The notes below the pieces were generated by a model, which searched no databases, was not told where the DNA came from, and saw only the letters and a list, made by a program, of their open reading frames with translations. The position numbers and the translations under genes were made by a program. A stretch of 64,000 bases of DNA, taken from the NCBI GenBank assembly GCA_965644295.1, contig CBFFRP010000369.1:35221-99220 (forward strand), in the 5' to 3' direction. How positions within the stretch are numbered: position 1 is the first letter of the stretch; every line of letters begins with the position of its first letter. This DNA is from Paraphysomonas bandaiensis. Its lineage: Eukaryota > Protista > Chrysophyceae. Below, in pieces: positions 11,707-25,096 of this stretch.

Positions 11707-14560
11707 CTAGGTACGACGAGCTCTCTTTACCTTGGGTACCTCTGCGATAATTTGTTCAGTAGTCTTAAATTTTTCCCCAAGATTTCGCTCCCTCTGTTCA
11801 ATGAATATTGGACCTCTCAAAGCCTTGGTATATATATCAGCCATCTGTTGTCGACTGCTCACATGAATTAATTTCGCTGTATTAAACTGTTCGGGATCCA
11901 CATGCTCTCTAATCATATGATACTTAATCTCAATATGTTTCGATCGTTGATGTTGCACTGGATTTTCCGATATATCCTGAGCACTTTGACTATCCAGGAA
12001 TAATGGTGTGGGCTCGTCAATTTTCAATCCTACTTCACCAGTCACCCCCCGAGACCATATCATTTCCTGTAATCCATTATATAAGCATTGATACTCTGCT
12101 TGCATAGTCGATGTAGCTACAGTAGACTGAAGTTTGGAACCCCACGATAGTGGTCCACCAGCTCCAAACATAACATAACCTGAAGTTGATCTCCTCGTCA
12201 ACGGATCGCCTGCCCAGTCAGCATCAGTGAACATATGAAGATCAAAATCTCTCCCTCTATAATGAATGCCTTTATCTGTAGTACCTCGTACATACTGCAT
12301 TAAATACATCAGGAGCTTACATACAGTGATATTAACTTTCGTTGAGAATCGTGACAATACTCCCACTGCATATGAGATATCCGGCCTTGTATTCATAGAT
12401 AAATAGAGTAACGCTCCTAGGAGTGGACGATAGGGAAAATTATCAACTAACTTCTGCTCCTCAGCTGAATGCACATGTTCCACTCCCACTTTGACATCAC
12501 TAGGTAGTGGGTATAGCCGCGTCTTGTCCCTTGCACCCAGAAAATCCACATACTTCACCAATATCTTTTTGATGAACACTGTCTGGTCAAGTTTGAGACA
12601 ATTCGGAGTTCTCGTCACTCTCACGTTCAAAAAAACTGGCCACTCTCATTCATATCTGTAATATCAAACCTTTCACATACTCGTCGCTTAATTTCCAAAA
12701 TAATATTCGTATCTCGACATGCTCTCAGCATATTATCATCATGACTGTGGTGAGCTTCGAAGACCATATAAACTTTTCTTCAGTTTAAAGCAATATCCTG
12801 GTGGCAATTTGAAATCTGCTGGTGTTGCATACTTATACACACATCTCCTTTTATATCTGCATATACAAGAATGCATTAGATACGTCGAGTTGATGCACCA
12901 CCATATTCATAACAAACGCGATAGCTAATAGCAATCTTACTGTTACCGCTTTTACCACTGGAGTATAATTGTTGGCTCTACCAACCTCATGGCCTCCGCA
13001 TCCAAGTACCACAAGTCTTGCTTTCTATCGTGGAATCGCACCCTCCTTGTTGCGTTTCAAAGCAAAGACATACTCAGGATTCCAATTGCAGTGACACTGG
13101 GGTAGGGATGATGGGCTTAACTTCCATTACTTCCCTTCGTTCCAGTCTGTCACGCTCAGCCTGTCTTGCTGTCAATGGAGTGACACTGGGGTAGGTATGG
13201 GCTTAACTTCCATTACTTCCCTTCGTTCCAGTTCGTCACATTCAGCCTGGCTGAACTCCATTGCTTCCGTTCCGGCAACTCCAAGGATTCGGAATATGTC
13301 TGAGGCACCTTAGGTCCCGCTGACGAGCACCAGATGGAATCTGCCTCCTCTAGTAGGCTGCACTCCACTTCGTCACACGAAGGTAATACGTGCTTCTCCC
13401 CTACTACTGACACATTCGTCACCACCCTTGGAGCCCTTGTGCGCCTGCCCCTAGTTGAGCGATCTGATGGAGCTTCCTCTCCCGGAGCACTTACGAAGTC
13501 AGAAGGGGATGGAACCGTCCCAGTCAACTGCTGTAATAAATGTCCGCTGGTCCCGTCGTCACGAGATCCAGAACTAGCAGATACTCTTGTCACAAGGTCT
13601 TCACTCATCCGCGATGATGTGAATAGGAGTCTTAACTTCCAGTTGCTCCTCACCACCTGACATCAGGGATCTATATCCCACAGTTAGACCTCTTTCCGAA
13701 TCTATATTCGCGTGGTCTTGTTGTACAGTTGGCCGCCATCTTCACATGGGTTTTGTCGATAACACTCCTCCCTGAGGAACCACTGCCACCGTGGCTTAGT
13801 CCATTTCTCGGTAGTAATCAGCCGATCTCTAGGGCACTGATACATCAAACAGGACATGAACAGACGTGACTATTGTATCTCCTACTATCAACACTTGATA
13901 CCCCATCTGCTCGTTGGGAAACCCACAAAATATCCTGTTTGTGCCTTTTCCTCCCAGTCTTTCCGTCTATCGGCCTTCGGGACTAATACATACGCCTTGC
14001 ACCCCCATTTCCTCTCAACCAGGATAACTCGGGCACCTTTCCTCCCAGGAATACACTCATAAGGCAACATCCACTAACTTTACTGTCCTCCTTGGCATTT
14101 TCCTCCATTACATGATGGCATGATGACGTAATAATAGGCTAATTCAAAACGTCATAATATTATATAGTGCCTCCCATGGCATTCCTCCATGCTCATCATA
14201 GTCTCCAGCCAGCACCTCTCTACCAGTGTTTAACTCTACAATTCTCGGTACTCTAAGTAGTTCCAATCCACACACCAGTGCCCGCAGCATTCCGCCTGAG
14301 ACAATATTCTTCACCGCATCTTCACATACTTTGATGCCTTCTCTTTTGCCAGTGTTGAAAGCTTCCTACTCCTTGAGTCTCCATTGCTGACCCCTTCTTC
14401 GTCAGAGATATGACTCCTGGCTCTGCTTCATATTTCTCTAGCACTCTATGATCTTTAACAACAATGAATAGCTGCTTTCCGGCACAACTGTCTAGATACA
14501 CTCGTTGGTCTACTGTTTCAGTCATAAGCACTTCACCATCTATCATATTGGACTCCCCTC
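11707..14560 (-). pseudogene. Fragmented Copia pol (protease, integrase, RT remnants; intact-looking RT C-terminus/RNase H at 11707-12630)
   Basis: 'VYLDSCA' (PR), 'WGCKAYVLVP...GYFVGF' (IN C-term), 'KARLVV', 'LDVSNAFLY', 'LKKSLYGL' (RT), 'FTDADWAGDPLTRRSTSGY...HQRSKHIEIKYH...ADIYTKAL' (RH); stops, frameshifts and deletions lie between them. Confidence 0.92.
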
Positions 14561-15042
14561 CAGATGAGACATCATCATCTTCATATTAGCACCATTCCGC
14601 CGATGAACTCCGTCTCTGTCTCTGTTCATGTGTATGTTCAGCACTCTCTGCTCGTTAACTATGAACAGCTGCACTGCTCTGCTGCTCTGCTCAGTGTACA
14701 AGGCAGTTTTAGTAGAAAATACATTTCAGCCTATCAATCTCTATTTCGACCATATCATTGGCCAATATTTACAAGCTGGTATTTCGCTGTAGTCTTTTGG
14801 AGTACTACTCCCAACTCACTCCTAGACCTATCCACAAGCGTTTGAAGCATATGATTGGACAAAACCTCCTTATTCGGATCATCGTCTGGTAGTCGCCTCC
14901 ATGTATCGGCTGGCACCCTCCAATACATCTGCGTCATGTTCACATGCCTCCCAAATCGTTACAACACACGTGTCGTTTCACTTGTCAAACTTCAGCACCT
15001 TGCTGTCCTCCTTCGCCTCATCAGAGCTACCACTCGCTACCA

Positions 15043-15386
15043 TGTTAGCTTTGGACATTTCACTGAAGTTAACTTTGCTCTACGCGTAAACCGTAACCTT
15101 GCTGTTGAACACAATGCACTTTCAAGTAAGAAATTATAATTATTATTCTGAACACTTCACTACATATTCGTGTAACATATGTTGAAACATCTGTTCCCAG
15201 CAACACCTGTTTATCATATGTTCATCAGTCAGTTCTATATCTTGTATAGTCACACATCAGTAACTGAATTTAATTCCTTTGTAACTATAATCACCCGTTA
15301 CACCTATGAGTTGACTTTACCTATTGCACACTGTTAACTCACTTCAATTGCACAATATATATCACATCATATTGCAGAACTCAACA
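15043..15386 (-). repeat. Copia 5' LTR (344 bp)
   Basis: Direct repeat of 11219-11562; followed on the minus strand by a TGG-starting PBS. Confidence 0.95.
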
Positions 15387-15838
15387 GGCCATTAATGGTT
15401 ACCAGGCCCTGCTTCACTTAGCCCGAATAATGCTGTAGGAGTTAACAGTTCGGCTTTCAGTACTGACGCTCGGCATGATCTTGATTTGGAGGAATCTGCT
15501 TTAGTTACATCAGTGGTAATAATAATGTATAAAACAACTAATTTTTCGTATATATAACGGTTTTAAAATTAAAATATTGCGTTTGTAAAATTGAAATATA
15601 TTCAATATACAAGATCATGACTATGGACTAAGATCTGATACTTTTATTATAAAGTCCACAAAATCAGATTAGATAAGTTATTATGACGTTCGTCATATTT
15701 GGTGATAGTACAATTGTAATGCTATTATAATTCATGATCATCGTCATATGTATGTAAGCAAGACCACAACATAAATACATATTATTGCCCGGCTACATCT
15801 AATACAAGAGTAGTTGCATCTCGGATATAAATTTGTCT

Positions 15839-17968
15839 TCACTGATCCAATCCCTTTCGTAAGTATGCAAAAGCTCCAAAACCTAAAACATTGTACATGA
15901 AATAAACTTTAAATATAAACGGAAGCCACGATGCCACAGCATTATCTACCTCATGTTGATTCGGGTGACTATCGTCATCTGCGATAGCCTGTGCAGTAGC
16001 CATCATGCGCCTCAGATCAATTTTTTTCTGTCTCTGTACACTTGTTGGCTCGCTACTATTTGTGTCCGGCGTACGTTTCAATCCGCCAAACGAAAAAAAC
16101 TTGCTAAATATTGACCGCCGAGAGGACCCAGCATTGGCGGATTGATCATATGAAGTGTCGGAGGCTACACTGTGGGAGCTGTCTCCCACCAACCGTATCT
16201 ATGGATAAATTTGTAAGACATTATGAATTATTGTATGAATACACATCTGTACCGGAGCCTTATCATTCTTGGCCCACTCCATGATGCTGTGGAAAGACAC
16301 TGGCTGGATCCAGTCTGGTACAAACGATGTACTGTTGCTGTTATCATGAGAGGCACTCAAAGACATAGCACTCAAGGGTTCCTTATCGAGTACAGGGCCT
16401 TCTTTTCTCTTCAAGTACACGACATACGCACTATATATTACAAGTGGGACGCACAACAACACAAGCCAGGCATATTTTGCATGGTTAGGTTCACTATGAG
16501 CATCATGCTTCCCCTGTAGGGAAATATCATTGCCAGTCCATATATATGCGCATCCAGTCCGACGCTCCCCGGAGTTGATTCCATTCGTATCACCTACCAC
16601 GAAATGACCCGCTCTTATTGCCACGGAGACACCAACTCGACTGTATTTATTATCTGCTGAGGATGATGTCCCCGGATCAAGAAATTGATTACTCCAATGC
16701 CCACTATGGGTCCATCCATCACCACTTGAAGAAAACAAATATACCGAAGCGTTTACCCCTAACACTCCGTCACCCGGTGCACCCACCACTATGTTGCCGT
16801 GGTTTATTCGTACACTATACCCGAACATACCGAACTGCTCCACCTCCGCCAAGGTGCCGAGCTCAACTACCCGTCCCCACCACTCTGCATAATTCCCACC
16901 ACCCTCTATTGGTGCATACCCCAAACGATAAACATGCGCCCCGCCAGATTGCACCTCTACGACATTTCCTTCTCCCTCTTGCTCGATATATCTGGTCATC
17001 AGATATTGGCCGACAACTACTTCACTCCCCCACACCGCCACACTGTGACCGAAGTACGTCGTAGTTTGCATATCTGGCGGTTCAAGCCGACTCACGAGCT
17101 CATACATTGTACCTGCTTCTAGGCCGTAGTATACATCGTCATAGAAACCTTGCTCAGTTACATTGCGGGCATAAATATAGACTACCCCAGTTCTACTATT
17201 CGCCCAAGGTGCTCCGACAACCAGTCGAGACATGTGAATGTCAATACTCCAACCGAAATTCAAGTACGGTAAAGGATCCTCTGGAAATAAAACAGAATCT
17301 AACACCCAACCATCCGGTACAGGGGGGGTGTAGTCATCATCCCCAGCTGCACTGATGCCAAGGGATCGGGAGGCCGCTCCTTCATCGACGCGATAGGTGT
17401 ACACTACTCCACACTGTGTATAGAGGTCACTATTGCCAACTGCACCCACAGCAAGAAGTTGGTCTTTCAACACCACGCTCCATCCGAAATGTTCGTTCTT
17501 GCTCGGCCCGTCGGAATAAAATATCCCATATTCGTCCCAGACACCATCTGTTTTGGAATACATGTACACTGCACCCGAGTTCGTGTATTGAGCATCATCA
17601 CCATACGCACCAACTACAGCTGTGTCGTCATTACATGACACACTCCACCCAAAATAATCGGAATCCCCGCCTAGACTCGGTCTTAGTTTCGCTTGTATAT
17701 CCCACCCCCCTGATGATGAGAGGCCATACACATAAGCCGTACCCGACTCCACTGATCGAGATGTGTCCTCATAAGAGCCCACTATCAGTGACTCTCCACA
17801 TAATGCCACACTACTACCATAACTATCCCCCTCCTCTCCGTCCTTAGAGTACAGTTTATAAGCATCAGATTCGCTGAATCCCCACTTGGAATATCCTTCT
17901 ATACACACACACAGATACAGACACAGACAGACAGAGAGAGAGGAAAACAACTGCATGAGTAGATGCAT
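15839..17968 (-). CDS. FG-GAP repeat (integrin-alpha-like beta-propeller) membrane protein, paralog 1; last exon 15839-16197
   Basis: Repeated 'FGWSV...VVGAY...GAVY'; N-terminal hydrophobic segment; TM 'YAWLVLLCVPLVIYSAYVVYL'; intron ~16251-16198. Confidence 0.88.
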
Positions 17969-18632
17969 GCTGCGCTATATTATGATATGCGATTACACTC
18001 ACGGCATCATGAGTATATATATGTATGTATGTGTATATTATTCCCCATCACATGACATCACCTCATGCTCATATCATACTATAGAACACACACGCTGCTG
18101 TACATACCACACTACCACACTACTCATATGTGCAGAATAGGCACTTGTACCTCAAAATACAGCACTGTACTCCATACTGCTGTATGTCATACGTATAATA
18201 TTCGGATATCTACTGTGGAAAATTGGCTAAAAATTTAGATTATTATGTACAATGAGAATACCAGGTATACAGACACAATACAGTACAACCATTGGTACAT
18301 ATGTACGGATAATATATGTACCAATGAGATCTCGACATAAAGCGATGAGGTTCATCGATTGGTTTATAATCCTTCTATTAACCATCCATCTCTCTTTGCG
18401 GGAGTCTTATTGTGTGAATAGGAATACATGTATACGGTATACGGTATACTACATACATACGGTGCTGTTAATGGAGTGTTGAGCAGTGCGGTCATTCAGC
18501 ACACACTCATATATATATACATGTACATGTACTCACCATGACACATGCCCTCGTTCATATCCTTCACTAGTACAGTAATCTAATGTGTCTCATCTCTCTC
18601 CTATCTCTCTCTGTATTGGTGTGACTCTAGTT

Positions 18633-20720
18633 ATGGTTCGAGACAGAGGCGTATACGCATATGCGTGCATGTGTGTGTGCATGTGTATCACTCTGACAGC
18701 CGTCAGCTGCTCATCATCTGCCGCCCATGATAACACACAGCATATGGAGTTTCACGATACACTGTCTGGATCGGGATCAAGGGGATCCATGCAGAGCAAG
18801 TGGGTCCAGTACATAGCCGCAGATGACTCAAGTGTGGTTAAAGTTGAGTGGATATTCAGATCTGTACGCGGATTAACTCAACGATTGAAAACGGAACATT
18901 GTGAGCCTGTGACATGGGTTGTGTCTCTTAATAACTCGTCCATTGGACAGTCCACCTGTATGTGGTCAATGAGAAGAGGCCTCTGCTCGTCTGGCTGTGT
19001 ATTACCTCGTCCTAATATACGGAACACCTACTTTTATATTGATCCATTAGATCTCCTTTTCAATATATCCTCTTTCAGCCATAACACCGAAGCATATAAT
19101 CTTTGGGATCACACTCTATCGACAAAGGAATATACTGTTGTAGACACTGAGATATCAATGACCGAAACTAAATACTTGAGGTCTTTAAGTAGCGGATATT
19201 CGGAAGATTGGAAGAGTGCCAAGCCCCTCCGACTCTTTTCTTCTGACGGGTATTCCTATGATAACTTTGGCACTAGTTTGAGCATGCACAGTGATGTCAC
19301 GGCTGTGGGAGCAGTAACGAGAGACCGTGGTGGTCTTGTGTTCGTCTTCTATCGACAAGGGAAGGACTTCTTTCAAGACCCTTACCCTCTGGCAGGGTAC
19401 CAAGAATATTCCAATGACTTTTTCGGTTGGAGTTTGGATGTTTACGATCGCTCAATCGCCGTTGGAGCTTACCAGACTGTTGTTCAAGGCGAAGATGCCA
19501 CCTCAGTCGGTGCGGTGTATGTATTCCTGCACATGTCATCTGGGTGGACGGTAGAATCATTTATACGAATTGCTCGAGAGCGTGACGGTAAGGACAAAGA
19601 AGATGATAACGCGCCACGTTACGATAATTTTGGTTGGTCTCTGAGTCTCTATGACAACACTCTAGTCGTTGGAGCTTATGGGGATGATAGTATGGGGACC
19701 TCAGCAGGAGCTGTCTATGTGTACGATCGGTTGGAAGGGCGTGCCTTCTCCTGGTCTCTGACCCAAAAACTTGTCGCAGATGATGGGATGGCATATGCAT
19801 CATTTGGATGGAGTGTGAGCCTCTACGAGAATGTGACAGCAGTGGGTGCGTATGGCGACAGTAGCGTGGACTCGTATATGGGGGCAGTATACGTGTTCCA
19901 CCGTACGGATAATATGTTCTGGACGCTTGCTTCTAAGCTGGTTCCTGCAGATGGAGGAGTAAATGATTTCTTTGGGTGGGATGTAGAGGTATGGGGAGAT
20001 GTGCTTGTGTCAGGGTCCCACAGCTGGGCGTATACAGGCTCTATGGATGAGGTCCCAGTTGGTGCCGTCTACACGTATACCCGTGATATCACGTCATCGA
20101 TATCAGAGAATGGAGTATGGGGAGCAGAGTACAAGTTGAAACCAATCGATGCGGCCACGAGATACTTTGGTAATTCTGTCTCTCTGGCAGACAATACAAT
20201 GGTAGTGGGTGCATTCGGGGATGCTAGCAATATGGAAGAATCTGGAAGTGCCTTTGTATACACTGCGACGTCGCACTCATCCACCCATGAAAATGGTGAC
20301 CCTATTACATCAGTCCATTGGTCAAAGCGTATTAAGTTATCAACAAATAGCACAGAGGGGTATATGGACTTTGGGTACAGTGTTGCGGTTTACGATGGTG
20401 TTGCACTGGTTGGTGCTGTGCGAGCTGATGGAGCTGTTGCGGACTCGGGGGCGGTGTTTGCATTCGTAAGATCTGTGGATAAATCATCCCTAGGAAACCC
20501 AGTGAGCGAAACCACCTACATAGCCCTAGTATCTTTTCTTCCTGTGCTTTTTGCTATTGTATGTGCAGTTATTGGTATAGCAATGATTTTCTTGAAACCT
20601 GACAAGTCGTCCCAAATAACTGTGGTTGATGAAAGTGTCTATGGAAAAGATGACCATAGCGGCCACGATATATCTGCTCATTCTGTCACAAGTCTTATTC
20701 CCCACCATTCCGGGAGTTAG
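18633..20720 (+). CDS. FG-GAP repeat beta-propeller type I membrane protein, paralog 2
   Basis: About seven 'FG(W/T/N/Y)S(L/V)...VGA...GAVYVF' repeats; signal-like N-terminus; TM 'IALVSFLPVLFAIVCAVIGIAMIFL'. An intron within 18800-19080 is possible. Confidence 0.9.
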   Translation: MVRDRGVYAYACMCVCMCITLTAVSCSSSAAHDNTQHMEFHDTLSGSGSRGSMQSKWVQYIAADDSSVVKVEWIFRSVRGLTQRLKTEHCEPVTWVVSLNNSSIGQSTCMWSMRRGLCSSGCVLPRPNIRNTYFYIDPLDLLFNISSFSHNTEAYNLWDHTLSTKEYTVVDTEISMTETKYLRSLSSGYSEDWKSAKPLRLFSSDGYSYDNFGTSLSMHSDVTAVGAVTRDRGGLVFVFYRQGKDFFQDPYPLAGYQEYSNDFFGWSLDVYDRSIAVGAYQTVVQGEDATSVGAVYVFLHMSSGWTVESFIRIARERDGKDKEDDNAPRYDNFGWSLSLYDNTLVVGAYGDDSMGTSAGAVYVYDRLEGRAFSWSLTQKLVADDGMAYASFGWSVSLYENVTAVGAYGDSSVDSYMGAVYVFHRTDNMFWTLASKLVPADGGVNDFFGWDVEVWGDVLVSGSHSWAYTGSMDEVPVGAVYTYTRDITSSISENGVWGAEYKLKPIDAATRYFGNSVSLADNTMVVGAFGDASNMEESGSAFVYTATSHSSTHENGDPITSVHWSKRIKLSTNSTEGYMDFGYSVAVYDGVALVGAVRADGAVADSGAVFAFVRSVDKSSLGNPVSETTYIALVSFLPVLFAIVCAVIGIAMIFLKPDKSSQITVVDESVYGKDDHSGHDISAHSVTSLIPHHSGS

Positions 20721-21499
20721 CTGTCAGTAGGATGCAGTATACGCATGATATATATATATAGAAACAGTGCAAGTTTTAAAGAGTATATAGTTTAGATTTT
20801 TGCTGGGTTCATATTATGTGTGGTTATTTTTTAGGACTGCTGTAAAATATAAATAATGTTTTGAACATGCTGTGTAGTGCACTAAATGCTTGGGTATTAA
20901 TTATTGAACCTAGTATATATTGAAACCGTTCGTCACTATAAATTATGATAGTGGCTTCGAAATTGTACTTAATGCTTCAAACCTGTCAACTTTCAGTTGA
21001 AGCCTACTCACAAATTCCGCTCGCGTATACGTACGCATTACAAGTAGCTCAAAGTGCTGCCTATCAGAAGAAGAAAACCTTTTGATGACATTGTGGATTC
21101 TCTTCTTTGCCCCACCATATTCCCAACGAATTGTAATTACAATTTATACATATTTTAAAAACGTTTTACTATCACCACTAGCACATTGCTAGGGTACGCT
21201 CTCGGTTTGTCATCTGAATCTAAATATAGTAGTATACAGTAAGTACAAGTGAATAATGGAGCGTAGCAAGCTGGGGCAATTGTTGAGATCTGAAGATTCT
21301 ATATACTTGCAATTGAGTGCAGTATTATGTGAGATGCAAGGATCGAAAGATATATATGTAATTAGTACATTATATTGTGTAGTATGAAACTGAAGTAGAA
21401 GTGGGTGACTATACAGGATACGATCACTGAGTGTGTGGTTTGTAGACTATAGTAGTATATGAATGGTGTTGAACACATCGAACACAACTTAGGTTCTTT

Positions 21500-22084
21500 A
21501 TCATGTAATGTTTATAATTTCATCTTAGTGATTATGCAGCAATACAGAGGATGACGAAGCTGAAGTTGGCTATATGCAGAAAAAATTCTTCAATCAGCTC
21601 AAAAAATTAAGAAACGGAAAGTTGAAATATCTAAGTACAGGTGCACGAGTCATGTAGTATGTACTACCAGTACATGTGAATGCCTGTTCAGCGCAGCAAA
21701 ACTGATTATATATCAGTGCTGCGCAAACGTATGCATCCTACTACACTTAATATGATGTTGCTTCTGAAAACTAACCGACAGTTGTGGCCGGATGCAAGCA
21801 TATTTCAATTAATATGGGATAAATATGGTGATGATGATGTCACCGATGATGACTCAGAGGGTGATAATGAAGAAACTTTTAATTAGTTAAGAGTAGTGGG
21901 TTGATTATCAAGTGACCTTAGACTTTATAATGACAAGTACTAAAAACTACGGATGTAATTACTTACTGATTAGTCATACTAATATATGGCAATAGCATTG
22001 TTGGGCCGGTTTAAAAACTCCATAAATACTATTGATGGAACGCTATCTAACAATAGTATTGCAATATATTTTTTCCTATCCCTG
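21500..22084 (+). mobile_element. Degenerate hAT transposon remnant (dimerization-domain fragment and right terminus)
   Basis: 'LRKRMHPTTLNMMLLLKTNRQLW' resembles the hAT C-terminal dimerization motif; 'attgcaatatatt' subterminal motif; ends ...CCCTG. Left boundary uncertain. Confidence 0.65.
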
Positions 22085-22564
22085 AATTACGGGATGACTT
22101 GAAGCATTAGCAATAACCCGCGACAATTAATTGTTACCCAGCCCTGATACAGAGGAGCATGTAATCGCAAAGAGACGTATTATCAAAAATGTGTGGTTGG
22201 GTATCAGTTGTTTGATCAAACCAGTAGCCCTACAGCAACAAGATACTTGACAATAAATATATTTGGTTAGTTGTTTCCATAGATTATAGAATTACTGCAC
22301 ACTTTCTTCGCGAGTTCTAAAATCAATGTTCAGCAAATTTTAATGCATTTATATGATCGATATTTCATTGACTTAATGTACTTTCCATTGATAATTTACC
22401 GCGGGAAATCGACTAGTTGGATTGGCTTAAGACAAAATATGCGTACAGTTTTAAAAACAAACTCCGGTCAAAAATACGTATTTACACTGAGAAACTTTCA
22501 CTACTGCAGCCAACCAAAAGCGAGAGTTTTATGCGCACTGTGATACGCCTATATGCACATCATA

Positions 22565-23677
22565 TCATCGTCCTGCCGACTGCGCTCTGTTCGATCCTGG
22601 GAGTTTATTAGCCCCAGAATCCGAGAGGGTCATTCGTATTCTAAGTACTGCGTTTCCTGACGGAGGCCGCTCCCTCGGCTTCTTTTTCAAGGGAGGCATT
22701 GACTTGGCACGTGACATAGATGGGAACTCACGTTCAGGGAGGTCAGTGACGAGATGTGACAAGGGTGTAGAAATTTGCATCGCTGTTTGTATCGAGGCAT
22801 GTACCTGCCGCCCTACCTCCGAGGCTCGGGCCAGCACATCTGCATCCGGAGGGGAACTGAGAACACTCATAATATGATTGTTCTCTATATATAACTCATT
22901 GCTAGTTCGTTCTGCATAGTCATATATGCAACTGTCAGTATCAGCAAAGCTTGGGCGATGTGAATCTTCTATGGAGTCAAGACTGCCCCACTTAGAATCA
23001 GCGTAGGCAAGATACCGCTCTCGTATGACCCCCCTAAGTAATGCTGTGTCAGCAGCGTCCATAGTGCTAGAATTAGTCTCCAAAAGGTCAACATTGCTCG
23101 AGCTTGCCGAAGAGTTTCTTGCTCGGCGAAGGTCCGAAATAGAATGAGCAGAATGGGCTTTCTTCTTCTTGTGCTTCCAGGACTGCCGTATGTACCGCTT
23201 ACGACTGGATATTATATCCCCGCAGTTGGACAAACGCCACTGCACGTTTAGATTAATAAAATTATTTACTGCACGGTTAAATATGGCCGTGATTCGGTCG
23301 ATATATTTCACATGTTTCGTAGGAGAGGGTGCTCGCATTGAAGCTGTCAGTAAGTTTAAGTCCACCTCGAGAAACTCCCTCAACAAACAGTTATCTGACG
23401 GAACTAACGATAAGACAGAAAGCAAATACAAATCCAGTTCTTTCATTCGGGTCAGTATAACATCATCGTAATACTTTCCCAAAATAACCTTAGGTGGCAG
23501 GCGCCTCGGTATATTATACCCCGCTTTCCGTATCTTCCTGTCGAAACGATCAAACTCACTGTATCTCTTCCTCGTCGCCCACTCCTGTCCATGAAAAACA
23601 ACCTTGATTACATACTCCACATGACCGGCTAACCCATAGCCTACAGTGTAACGCTGAATAGTTGCAGTGACAGCCAT
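22565..23677 (-). CDS. PX (phox homology) domain protein, sorting-nexin-like
   Basis: 'HVEYVIKV...WATRKRYSEFDRF...RLPPKVILG...RMKELDLYL...LREFL'. Confidence 0.9.
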   Translation of the reverse strand: MAVTATIQRYTVGYGLAGHVEYVIKVVFHGQEWATRKRYSEFDRFDRKIRKAGYNIPRRLPPKVILGKYYDDVILTRMKELDLYLLSVLSLVPSDNCLLREFLEVDLNLLTASMRAPSPTKHVKYIDRITAIFNRAVNNFINLNVQWRLSNCGDIISSRKRYIRQSWKHKKKKAHSAHSISDLRRARNSSASSSNVDLLETNSSTMDAADTALLRGVIRERYLAYADSKWGSLDSIEDSHRPSFADTDSCIYDYAERTSNELYIENNHIMSVLSSPPDADVLARASEVGRQVHASIQTAMQISTPLSHLVTDLPEREFPSMSRAKSMPPLKKKPRERPPSGNAVLRIRMTLSDSGANKLPGSNRAQSAGR

Positions 23678-23897
23678 GATATTGTCAAGTAACCATACAG
23701 ACTACCATAAGACTCTATACTCCACTCTACAATCAGACAACACACACAGAATACCCTAACACAGGAAACACTGATACAGAGGTACTGCTAATAAGTGTGC
23801 AGTCGTCAAGACTATTGCATTGTGTAGAGGCCTTGATTATACCACACATCTAAAGTTCCACTAATAACAGCAACCACAACAACACACATACAAATAT

Positions 23898-24159
23898 ATA
23901 CATACATACATACATACATACATACATACATACATACATACATACATACATACATACATACATACATACATACATACATACATACATACATACATACATA
24001 CATACATACATACATACATACATACATACATACATACCTACATACATACATACATACCATACATACATACATACATACATACATACATACATACATACAT
24101 ACATACATACATACATACATACATACATACATACATACATACATACATACATACATACA
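23898..24159. repeat. (ACAT)n microsatellite, ~260 bp
   Basis: Direct observation; two small interruptions. Confidence 0.99.
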
Positions 24160-24401
24160 GATATGTATATGTACAACACCAGTATACCACAGTATACCCT
24201 ATGTATACAACTCAATTTGTATATTTAACCAATCACACGCCAGATAAATATATCACATTGTTCTCATTTGCTAATATTATACTAAACAGTGGTCATCATA
24301 CTCTGTCGTACATGTACTGAAACGGACTTAAAGAGGATGTCTTCAAACTATTAGCTACCTTAAGTTAACTTCTTTATCCGCTTACAGAGTGTACACCGAT
24401 A

Positions 24402-25096
24402 ATGGGAGGAGGGATATCTCGACCGAAGCTATTTGAATTGGAGCACACTCCCGAGTTTAATGAGATGACTTCGAAGTTGCATCTCTCTGAAGAAGATGTG
24501 AAGCACTTTTGGAAGGCATTCTGCCAGATTGGTAACACCGCACCCATGTTGAGTTCTAAGTATTGATGATTCTTGTAGATACGTCAAAGAATAATTTTAT
24601 TGCACTTGACGAGTTTCAGAACTATTACCGAATCCATGAAGACAGGAAAGTATTTTTCTTAAAAATGGCCTACTCTCGCACTGTTACTAATAAACACCGT
24701 GAAGTTAACTTTTTCGACTATGTGAGCCACACTTGGGACTATTTGACCTTAGATCTTTCGGCTTTTGTTTTTCAGCTGTACGATAAAGATGGTTCGCAAT
24801 CGCTGAATAGAGATGAATATTCGAAGATTGCCGAATGTGTATATGGAATCAAATTTGGCGAAAATAAAATTCTAGATGACCAGCTGAAGAGAAGCGATGC
24901 AGATGGTAGTGGACAAATTTCGTACAGTGAGTTTGTAGAGCTTACGAAGCGAAATCAACACATCAACCGCGAAGCATTTTATGTCCAGGACGCCATGAAG
25001 CAACACATTGGTGGAGAAAAGTTTTGGAACAAAAAAATTGAAGATAGAAAGGCAACAATGGGAAACAAAACTTTGCACCAGATTTTGAAATCATAG
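24402..25096 (+). CDS. EF-hand calcium-binding protein with probable N-myristoylation (calcineurin-B/recoverin-like layout); intron ~24532-24579
   Basis: Starts MGGGIS (MGxxxS); EF loops 'DTSKNNFIALDE', 'DKDGSQSLNRDE', 'DADGSGQISYSE'. Confidence 0.88.

Larger units (their letters stand above)
11219..15386 (-). mobile_element. Ty1/Copia LTR retrotransposon, internally deleted (non-autonomous)
   Basis: Two 344-bp TG...CA LTRs; 5-bp TSD GGCCA; PBS-like TGGTAGCGAG just inside the 5' (right) LTR; PPT GAGTGGGAG next to the 3' LTR; PR-IN-RT-RH order of remnants. Confidence 0.96.
10773..15411. mobile_element. hAT-superfamily MITE (~470 bp without insert), interrupted by a Copia element
   Basis: 23-bp TIRs CAGGGCCTGGTAACCATTAATGG / CCATTAATGGTTACCAGGCCCTG; 8-bp TSD CTTCACTT (10765-72, 15412-19); subterminal repeats 'gccattataattg'. 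Confidence 0.92.
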
